24,496 nt of DNA from positions 1-24,496 of the forward strand of contig CAVNZM010000059.1 in NCBI GenBank assembly GCA_963693365.1, in the 5' to 3' direction. The position numbers and the translations under genes were made by a program. The stretch is from Amoebidium appalachense (Eukaryota; Protista; Ichthyosporea). Below are positions 17,789-24,496 of the stretch, piece by piece (position 1 is the stretch's first letter; each line of letters opens with the position of its first letter). The notes under the pieces are model-generated. The model had not been told where the DNA came from. It did no database searches and saw only the letters and a list, made by a program, of their open reading frames with translations.

Positions 17789-18259
17789 ATGGAGGCGCAA
17801 CTAGCCTTTGTGTGTGATTGGGAGACTTGTAAAATGCCTTTTGATAGTAATGCAGCACTCAGGCGACACACTCTCACACACCTGGGTCACCGTCCTCATG
17901 TCTGTTCGTGGCCAGGGTGCATAAGAAGATTTACACAGAAACACTCGTTCGAGGTTCACTATCGGCTTCACACGGGGGAAGCACCATACCAATGCAGTTG
18001 GGATGGGTGTAAAGCTGTGTTTAGATGTAAAAGCCAACTAAAAATGCACCAGTACAAGCACACAGATGCAAGAGCATTTAAATGCACATGGGATGGTTGT
18101 GAAGCCAACTTTAATAGTAAAGACGCACTCGTAGTGCACATGAATCGCCACACTGGAGACCGCCCATACCAATGTAAGGAACCAGGCTGCCAGGTGTCAT
18201 ATCGCCAGCGAGCCAGTCTCTGGTATCACATCCGAAAACACCATGTCGACATCCAATAA
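17789..18259 (+). CDS. Stand-alone C2H2 zinc-finger protein (5 Cx4C fingers, 156 aa)
   Basis: CDWETC, CSWPGC, CSWDGC, CTWDGC and CKEPGC, each with HxxxH; linkers TGEAPY and TGDRPY. Confidence 0.92.
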   Translation: MEAQLAFVCDWETCKMPFDSNAALRRHTLTHLGHRPHVCSWPGCIRRFTQKHSFEVHYRLHTGEAPYQCSWDGCKAVFRCKSQLKMHQYKHTDARAFKCTWDGCEANFNSKDALVVHMNRHTGDRPYQCKEPGCQVSYRQRASLWYHIRKHHVDIQ

Positions 18260-18448
18260 ACGTCAGAGACGAGCAAGCAGGTCTTGCACTTAGTCTGAAA
18301 ACAGCTTTCAAAGCTACCGCGGCGGGGCATGGGGGGCTGGGGGTGGCTGGGGGTGGCACACTAAGCATGGGGCCGGGGAGGACGGGGAGGCACGGTGGCT
18401 CACCGGCGGCTCGCTTGGGCTTGATGTTTTTTTTTTCTTTGTGCTTAT

Positions 18449-19111
18449 ATGATGGCCGACTACGACGAGGCGTCTGTCAGAGACAGACTAGCACAAATAG
18501 AAGGGGGGACTACCGAGGTCTTAACTCCAGCTGGACGAATTGACCTTTTGACGAGCACCGAAATCATCGAAGTTAAGCGTGCTTCCAAATGGAAGTCCGC
18601 CATTGGGCAGGTGCTATCCTATTGGGGGTTCTATCCTAAACATCGTCCAAGAATTCACCTATTTGATACAGCACCGATCAAGGTGTTCAGAGTGGCAGTT
18701 GAGACAATGTCTCGTCTGGGTGTACGAGTAACAGTCGAGCAGGATGTAATGGAGCTAATGTGGGGGTCACAGGCTTGCCCTCCAAAGTCTGAGATGCAGC
18801 CAGTTGTATGTGATCTTCCTGAGATTACCCTCTGCCGGGAGGACTACGTGCTGTTTCTCAAGAGTTTGGTTACCGATGGTGATACTCCACACATCCAGGA
18901 TGGCACTATCACTGATTCCGCCACCCTTCTACCAATTTTCCAGGTCTGGTGCCAGAAAAATGGCAAAGACCACAGCAAGGCTAGTGTCAACACCATGGGC
19001 AGGACTCTCAGGCAGGTGCTCGGAGAGCGTGTGAGTGTTTATGTACCTGGGTCAACCATAGCAAAAGGATACAGGGTATCCTTTGCAAAAATAAGGGCAA
19101 TTAGCCAGTGA
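18449..19111 (+). CDS. PD-(D/E)xK nuclease-like domain fused to a helicase-C-terminal-like winged helix
   Basis: TEVLTPAGRIDLLTSTEIIEVKRASKWKSAIGQVLSY..YP....RIHLF (E..D..EVK, GQ...Y); C-terminal FLKSLV..LLPIFQVWCQKNG..SVNTMGRTLRQVLG. Confidence 0.8.
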   Translation: MMADYDEASVRDRLAQIEGGTTEVLTPAGRIDLLTSTEIIEVKRASKWKSAIGQVLSYWGFYPKHRPRIHLFDTAPIKVFRVAVETMSRLGVRVTVEQDVMELMWGSQACPPKSEMQPVVCDLPEITLCREDYVLFLKSLVTDGDTPHIQDGTITDSATLLPIFQVWCQKNGKDHSKASVNTMGRTLRQVLGERVSVYVPGSTIAKGYRVSFAKIRAISQ

Positions 19112-19121
19112 CACTGCGCCC

Positions 19122-19249
19122 GGGGCTTGGGGGGCTGGGAGTGGCAAGTGGGGCACGGAAGGACCAGGAGGCGGGCGAGGCACGTGCGTTGGGGGGGACA
19201 CAGGAGCCCCCCACAGCCACCCCCAGCCACCCCCAGCCACCCAGGCCCC
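19122..19249. repeat. GC-rich 24-bp imperfect inverted repeat between convergent stop codons
   Basis: ggggcttggggggctgggagtggc (19122-19145) pairs with gccacccccagccacccaggcccc (19226-19249), 3 mismatches. Confidence 0.7.
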
Positions 19250-19288
19250 CAGGCCCGGATGGGTGGCAGATATGGACTGGACCCGGGT

Positions 19289-20164
19289 TTATTGACGTGC
19301 GGCAGCGGCCCAGGCAGCAAACGCCGTGCGGCCATCCGCAAGCGCCCGCGCGACCTTCCCGGGGTCGACGTCCATGGGCGACGCAAACAGCCTCCGCTCC
19401 GGAGCGACCACCACGAGGCGATCTCCGAGGCGGGTGCGGAGGTTGGCAAACTCGGTGGCCGCTAGCTCGGTGCCCGCGTCACGCTGCAGGGCATAGCAGA
19501 GCTCCATGCCCGTTTTTGGCACGGATTCGGCGGGGCAGTGCGCCAGCGAGTCGCACAGCACCGTGACGTAGATGCCGTCGAACCCGTCTGCGGCATCCTC
19601 GAGTGCCTTGGTGAGGGGCACCAGCTCGGAGACCCCGCCGTCCAGAAACACGGTGCCGCCGTACTCGACGGGGGGGACCGCGAGTGGAAGGGCCGAAGAC
19701 GCCCGCATGCCGACCTGGTACTCGGGCCCCGTGAACCACCGCTCCTTCTTGTTGAGGAAGTCCCAGGCGACACAGTGGCAGCGCGTGTAGATGTCCGCGT
19801 CGATGCCCTCCAGAAGCGCCGCCGCACGCTCCTGCAGGGTGAAGCGGCTGTACGCCGCCCCGTACAGCATTGACCCCACAACCGTCCTCCAACTTTTCGG
19901 AAGCAGCGCCATTGCGCCGCCCCACGGTTCCACAATGTCCTCCACGCACTTCAGCTTCCCCAGCTCGCGCGCCAGGTCGTCCAGGCGGTCGGCAACCACG
20001 AACGGCGCCACCAGCGCGCCGACGGACGTGCCGTACACCCTGTCGACCTGGTACAGCCCCGACGCGAGCATCCCCTGCATGAACCCGACTTGGAAGCAGC
20101 CCTTGACGCCGCCCCCGGGCAGCAGGATCCGCACACGTGTCCTGGCTTGGGAGGGTGTGTCCAT
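19289..20164 (-). CDS. Patatin-like phospholipase, ~291 aa
   Basis: GGGVKG oxyanion loop; GTSVG nucleophile elbow; ASSALP; FLDGG catalytic Asp; AACATGG at 20164 chosen because it clears the Fic stop. Confidence 0.93.
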   Translation of the reverse strand: MDTPSQARTRVRILLPGGGVKGCFQVGFMQGMLASGLYQVDRVYGTSVGALVAPFVVADRLDDLARELGKLKCVEDIVEPWGGAMALLPKSWRTVVGSMLYGAAYSRFTLQERAAALLEGIDADIYTRCHCVAWDFLNKKERWFTGPEYQVGMRASSALPLAVPPVEYGGTVFLDGGVSELVPLTKALEDAADGFDGIYVTVLCDSLAHCPAESVPKTGMELCYALQRDAGTELAATEFANLRTRLGDRLVVVAPERRLFASPMDVDPGKVARALADGRTAFAAWAAAARQ

Positions 20165-20196
20165 GTTGATGTAGGGCGCGATAAGAGTTGACGGCT

Positions 20197-21063
20197 TCAT
20201 TCCAAATCCAGGGCGTTGCACACCGAGACCAGGTTCGCCCTTGCGCAGTCCAGCACGAAGGCGGCCAGCGCGGAGTAGTCGTGGGGCGGCGGCTGGCTCT
20301 GCGCGGCCAGCAGCAGCGAGTGGTAGCGCTCGCGGGAGCTGCGGTCTGTGTACAACGAGAGGGGAACGGCAATATAGGGCGAGAGCAGCACGCTGACCAA
20401 CAGACGGGCGACGCGCCCGTTGCCGTTGCTGAACGGGTGGATGTAGAGGAACTCCCCGAGGAAACGGGCGGCGACCTGTATGGCACCGAGAACGTCATTG
20501 CAGCCTTGGAGTTCGGTGCGTGTCCTTTCGAACAGGCGCTTGAGAGCCTCTTCGATCTTGAACGGTGCAAGGTACTGATGACTGCAGCCTGCGGGAAGCG
20601 CAAAGCGCACCCGATACCGTCCAGCGCTATCGAGCAGCCCGTCCATGACCTTGCGATGGACCTCCAGAGCGAGCTCCACCGTAAACGTGCCTGGATCAAT
20701 CCCCTTCCAAACCCACGGTGTGGGGAACAGCTCGCGAACTGCTGTAACGACGTTTTTCAGTTTCTTCGATGAGCGCGTGTGTTCGGACATTTCATCGGGG
20801 CAGGAAATCAGCCTCTCAATGTGTTCGACTGGGACCTTTTCGTTTGTTTCCATTTCCATCAGGTGCTTGATGTATAACACTAGGTGGTGCGTTGTGTATC
20901 CCTGCATGAACAAAGCGCTGCTCTTATCGTTATCCAAAAACGTGCGCACCAGGTGGAGGCAGCGCACAACAGCCCCTTCGCTGAGTCGAGACATCACGGT
21001 GTTGAACCGACAGATAAAGTACCACAAACTGTCAAAATCGACCTTTACGTCACACGGCAACAA
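20197..21063 (-). CDS. Fic-domain protein (AMPylase-type); start uncertain, first in-frame ATG at 20994
   Basis: Canonical HPFSNGNGRVAR; flap AGRYR; N-terminal SRLSEG fits the (S/T)xxxE(G/N) inhibitory motif. Confidence 0.9.
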   Translation of the reverse strand: MLPCDVKVDFDSLWYFICRFNTVMSRLSEGAVVRCLHLVRTFLDNDKSSALFMQGYTTHHLVLYIKHLMEMETNEKVPVEHIERLISCPDEMSEHTRSSKKLKNVVTAVRELFPTPWVWKGIDPGTFTVELALEVHRKVMDGLLDSAGRYRVRFALPAGCSHQYLAPFKIEEALKRLFERTRTELQGCNDVLGAIQVAARFLGEFLYIHPFSNGNGRVARLLVSVLLSPYIAVPLSLYTDRSSRERYHSLLLAAQSQPPPHDYSALAAFVLDCARANLVSVCNALDLE

Positions 21064-21245
21064 CCCGGCCCATATCCACCTGCGCGTTCACCACCCTGTT
21101 CTCCTGCCCACCGGCCCCTGCCCAGTCCAACGTTTTCTCCACAAACCAGAGAGAACACGGCAGTGCCCATGAACGTTTGGCCCGCAATTTTCTGGAGAAC
21201 AGCATCGCCGGTCCCCACCATGTCTCCCGGAACCCAAGAGAACAC
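21050..21245. repeat. Composite duplicate: aminotransferase 3' end (21561-21602) fused to its upstream region (23361-23513)
   Basis: 21050-21091(-) reads VNAQVDMGRVVAV* versus VNAQVDMGLVVPV*; 21093-21245 aligns without gaps to 23361-23513 with ~28 differences in 153 bp. Confidence 0.88.
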
Positions 21246-21332
21246 CATGGCATCCCCAACCATGTCTCCCGGATCCTTGGAGAACAGGTGCCGGGGATGG
21301 ACCCTGTTCGCCGATTGCTTTTTCCTAGGAGC

Positions 21333-21511
21333 GGGGCCTGGGGGGCTGGGAGGGGCGCGCAGGACCACGGAGCCCGAAAGCCCGATCCAACTGGCGCGGG
21401 CGTGGGGGGCTCGGGAGGCATGTGAGGCATGCAAGGGCGGGAGACACAGCGGGCTCACGGGTCTGTGTGCCACAGGCGCCCCTCCCAGCCACCCCCAGCC
21501 CCCCAGGCCCC
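21333..21511. repeat. GC-rich 26-bp inverted repeat, same family as 19122-19249
   Basis: ggggcctggggggctgggaggggcgc (21333-21358) pairs perfectly with 21476-21511 apart from one extra 10-bp acccccagcc unit. Confidence 0.8.
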
Positions 21512-21560
21512 ACCGCAGAATCGGGAGTGCTTGGGCTGACTGGCTGACTGCGCATCTGTT

Positions 21561-23294
21561 TCAGACCGGGACAACCAGGCCCATGTCCACCTGCGCGTTC
21601 ACCGACTCGATGGGCCCGTATGTGGTCGGATTGTGGGGGAACAGGCGCAGTCGGCCACAGTTCACGATCGCATGCACCTCGGCGGTGGTGAGGTCGAGGG
21701 GCGGGCAGATCCTGTTGGACTGGGTGCTGCTGTAGAGCACGCGGTTGTCGCGCTCCCAGTCGGTGCAGGTGAAGTGAAACCCTGCCATGCCGGGAGGGAC
21801 TTGGGAGTGGTCGTCGGCGCGGTACTGCTGGCGCGCATAGCCCCTGTGTTTCCCGACGTGGTCGTCGGGTCCCAGCAGGAAATCGAGCAGGCGCGAGAAC
21901 GGGTCCGTGGAGCCCGGGGTCGTTGGGGGGAAGTCGTCTGGAAGAAAGTCGGGGGTGTAGAGGCATGCCATGGCACCCACGCGTATGGTGACGACGCTGT
22001 GGTATCGGTTGAGGCCGTAGCAGAGCTCACGACACCTTTCCGCGGCTCCGTGGATGAGGTCGCCTACCTCGATGACGCGCAGGACATGGAGCGCGGTCAA
22101 TATCCCGGTGTTGCAGAGCTCCATGCTAGGAACCTGCGGGATGTGCAGGTTGTACCCTGGGCTTGTGTTTCGCAACAGTGTCTCCACCTCGCTCAGTCGG
22201 GTGTCGGGGTCGACGATCTTGACGACGAGGCCCAACTGCAAACCCTTGCCCAGCGTGACCAGGTCCGGCACTACGGCGCCGTCGTACAACTGGAACGAGA
22301 AGAGCGCGCCGCAGCGAAACGCGCTCAGAATCTCGTCTGCGATGAGATACACCCTCTGGTCGCTGCACCACTGCCGGATGGCGCAGGCGTCGTCCTTGGA
22401 CATCATGACCACGTGGTGGCCGTTCAGGAACTCGACGAACACGGCCCCGACAGGGATACCCTGCTCCGCCAGCTCATCCTGGGCACGTGCGAGCGCGTCC
22501 ACGGCCGACTCGTTCGCCTTGCGATGCACGACGTGGGCCCTCCTCCAGTTGCAGTTCTGCGAAAACCCGTACCGCGACGCACCGGCAAAGGTGCCCCGGC
22601 CGGCGCCGTAGGTGTCGTACAGAAGGACGGCGGCGTCGTTGCAGTTGCATGCGGATGCGTCACACGGGCACGCCATCCAGTCCCAGTGGGAGTTGCGCAC
22701 CCGCGCGGCCTGGATGGCCACCGTTTCGCAGAGGGTGTTTGCGTCGGACCCGGTCGCCGCGATGGCAAGGGTGATGCCGGTGTAGGCGGGCTCCCCCGGG
22801 CGTGTAACCGGAGGCCGAAGGGACGGGTTGCGCGAGCTGTTGGAGACCATACGGGCGATCTGGTCATACAGCTGGCCGCCCGGCGGGTCGAGGGGGACGG
22901 TGGTGCCATGGGATCGCCAGAAGGGATTGTTCTTGTACATGGGCCCGGTCAAGGACGCCTCCTTGTCGCCGCAGTCGAACTCGCGCCGCCCCAGCTCGCC
23001 CGGAACAAGAACCAGGGAATAGGCCAGGATTTCGGACAGGTACCGTGTGGCATAAGGGCTGGCAAGCAGCGTGTGAGGTCTAAGAAGCGTCACGCCGTAG
23101 TTGGCGACCAGGTCGAAGGGGTTGTTGGCATTGTCGCCCTCGGCGGCCTCTTCACCTTCAACGGCACCCATGTCGGAGATCAGATGCACGTTCCTGACGG
23201 CAATATCCGCATGCGAGGGTAGGTCGCGCTCGGGCTCTCGGGGGCGCTTGAACCCCTGTGAGCCTGCGTTGGGGTTGTCACCCTGTATGTTCAT
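21561..23294 (-). CDS. Divergent class-III PLP-dependent aminotransferase-like protein, ~577 aa
   Basis: TGSDAN (cf. SGSEAN); GAVFVE; YLIADEILSAFRCG; VPDLVTLGKGL (PLP Lys); ATG 23294 chosen because the upstream ORF extension runs through poly-C and a dispersed repeat. Confidence 0.82.
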   Translation of the reverse strand: MNIQGDNPNAGSQGFKRPREPERDLPSHADIAVRNVHLISDMGAVEGEEAAEGDNANNPFDLVANYGVTLLRPHTLLASPYATRYLSEILAYSLVLVPGELGRREFDCGDKEASLTGPMYKNNPFWRSHGTTVPLDPPGGQLYDQIARMVSNSSRNPSLRPPVTRPGEPAYTGITLAIAATGSDANTLCETVAIQAARVRNSHWDWMACPCDASACNCNDAAVLLYDTYGAGRGTFAGASRYGFSQNCNWRRAHVVHRKANESAVDALARAQDELAEQGIPVGAVFVEFLNGHHVVMMSKDDACAIRQWCSDQRVYLIADEILSAFRCGALFSFQLYDGAVVPDLVTLGKGLQLGLVVKIVDPDTRLSEVETLLRNTSPGYNLHIPQVPSMELCNTGILTALHVLRVIEVGDLIHGAAERCRELCYGLNRYHSVVTIRVGAMACLYTPDFLPDDFPPTTPGSTDPFSRLLDFLLGPDDHVGKHRGYARQQYRADDHSQVPPGMAGFHFTCTDWERDNRVLYSSTQSNRICPPLDLTTAEVHAIVNCGRLRLFPHNPTTYGPIESVNAQVDMGLVVPV

Positions 23295-23360
23295 GCGTGA
23301 AGCCTTAAAAATGTGCGCTCGTGTTACGGGAGGAGGGGGGGGGGGGGGGGAGGGGCGTGC

Positions 23361-23513
23361 ACCCTGTTCTCCCCCCCACCACCCGCTACTCAGTCCAACG
23401 ATTTCTTCACAAACCAGAGAGAACGCGGCGGCTTCTGTGAACGACTGGCCCGTCATTTCATAGAGAATAGCCTCGCCGGTACCCACCATGTCTCCCGAAA
23501 GCCAAGAGAACAC
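23361..23513. repeat. Second copy of the 153-bp dispersed repeat
   Basis: accctgttctcc..cagtccaacg..cacaaaccagagagaac..ccaccatgtctcccg..ccaagagaacac. Confidence 0.88.
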
Positions 23514-23680
23514 ACACGGTCACACGGCCGGGTTTGGGTTGCCTTTTGACCATTGTGTCATTGTCTACGGATTCCATTGTCGTTGTATGCCCAGAAAAAA
23601 AAGCGAAACGAAATGAAATCGAGCATGGTCTTATATACCCGAGCCACCCCGGCCCTGGGATTATAGTCCCCCTCCGTAAG

Positions 23681-24496
23681 ATGCTTAAATGTCGAGAGCT
23701 TGTGTGCAACGGGCCTGCCCGCCTCCCGGAATCCGTCACGTTCGACAGTGGCAGCCTAAACCTCGATGACGCCGCCGCCTGCGTGGCCCAGGTCCTCCCC
23801 TACTCAGTCCCGGCCGAGGGGCCATGCGCGGGGCTGACACTGGGCGCCGCGGTGGGCATCCTGAACGCCGCGCTCACGGTCAAGGACGATAACGTGTTGT
23901 CCACGGTGGAGGAGATCAACGCAACATTGAGAAGCCATCAAGCTAGTCTGGCTCTCAAGGCTGAGAAGACTGCACTGGCAGCGCTTGCCGAGGTGGTTAA
24001 CACAAAAGCAGATGAAGTTAGTGTGGCGGAGCGCCTAGACCAGAAAGCAGATAAGATCACGATCGACACAACTCTCGATGGCATCACGCAGGAGTTTGGT
24101 GACCGGTGCACAAACATCGAACAGCAAGTCCTCCTAAAAGAAGAGAAGAGTGTGGTGGCACAGCTCCGCAGTGACGTCACCGAACGGACTGTCCATGTAG
24201 ACAGCGAATTGTCGAACAGGGAATCCAAGGCCGTGGTTGCAACATTAAGAACCGATTTCACTAACAGAACCATCTACGTAGACGGCCTTCTAGCCAAAAA
24301 AGCGGAAGCTACCATTGTGGATGCTTTGCAGAGCACCGTGCAGACACAGGGCACAACCCTAGCGGCGAAAGCAGACTCAAGCACTGTGCAGGCACTCCAA
24401 ACAACCGTCCAGACTCAAGGCACTACGCTGGCCGGAAAAGCAGACTCGTCCACAGTTCAGGCACTCCAGACCACCGTGACCACGACGTTGGCGACG
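23681..24496 (+). CDS. Fibre/tail-fibre-like coiled-coil repeat protein, truncated by the window end (not in the ORF track)
   Basis: Open from ATG 23681 to the end (272 codons): MLKCRELVCNG...LALKAEK..VNTKADE..LDQKADK...; 23-aa repeats ALQ(S/T)TVQTQGTTLA(A/G)KADSSTVQ with synonymous divergence between copies. Confidence 0.8.
   Translation, partial: MLKCRELVCNGPARLPESVTFDSGSLNLDDAAACVAQVLPYSVPAEGPCAGLTLGAAVGILNAALTVKDDNVLSTVEEINATLRSHQASLALKAEKTALAALAEVVNTKADEVSVAERLDQKADKITIDTTLDGITQEFGDRCTNIEQQVLLKEEKSVVAQLRSDVTERTVHVDSELSNRESKAVVATLRTDFTNRTIYVDGLLAKKAEATIVDALQSTVQTQGTTLAAKADSSTVQALQTTVQTQGTTLAGKADSSTVQALQTTVTTTLAT

Larger units (their letters stand above)
7438..24496. mobile_element. Large eukaryotic dsDNA virus-like region (free or endogenous); boundaries not defined
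   Basis: Dense, mostly intronless genes from families common in giant viruses: T5orf172, Bro-like, SF3 helicase, PD-(D/E)xK, patatin, Fic, Cys-rich TM, fibre-like. No capsid, polymerase, integrase or terminal repeat is visible. Confidence 0.6.

Noticed and set aside
21093-21245. Protein-coding role for the 153-bp dispersed repeat
   Set aside because: In the best frame, about 10 of 28 differences between copies are synonymous, not clearly above neutral; no consistent start or stop
19462-23222. Long antisense or alternative-frame ORFs (19479-20699, 20188-20772, 20884-21735, 21633-23222; likewise 9013-9762 and 12290-12850)
   Set aside because: Shadows of GC-rich genes whose real frames carry clear catalytic motifs
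1-24496. Assignment to Polinton/Maverick, Helitron or a named virus family; tRNA or rRNA genes
   Set aside because: No pPolB, integrase, HUH-Rep, capsid or terminal repeats are visible, and no structured RNA gene was recognised by eye

Overview
Eukaryotic-style DNA with two parts. Left part (~1-7450): repeat-rich and spliced. It holds a coiled-coil ORF and a divergently transcribed 7-exon gene (2481-6736) that the ORF track misses. Joining six GT-AG introns, all in matching phase, gives a ~609-aa JmjN+JmjC histone demethylase of the KDM4/JMJD2 type, with intact Fe/2OG/Zn ligands and an unrecognised ~240-aa N-terminal domain. Five of the six introns are filled with minisatellites. Right part (~7450-24496): dense, apparently intronless genes typical of a large eukaryotic dsDNA virus (Nucleocytoviricota- or mirusvirus-like, free or endogenised). 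These include a Cys-rich membrane protein, a Bro-like x2 + T5orf172 protein, a duplicated MYND-finger protein, two stand-alone C2H2 zinc-finger proteins, an SF3 (D5/NrS-1-like) helicase with a truncated paralogue and a candidate iteron origin, a PD-(D/E)xK nuclease-wHTH fusion, patatin, Fic, a class-III aminotransferase and a KAD-repeat fibre-like protein that runs off the end. TATA/CCAAT promoters and spliceosomal introns point to transcription by host nuclear Pol II. No capsid or DNA polymerase gene is in the window, so the virus class, and whether the demethylase is viral or flanking host DNA, cannot be settled from the sequence. The leading hypothesis is an element-encoded chromatin counter-silencing kit (KDM4-like eraser + C2H2/MYND adaptors) next to a helicase/origin module.
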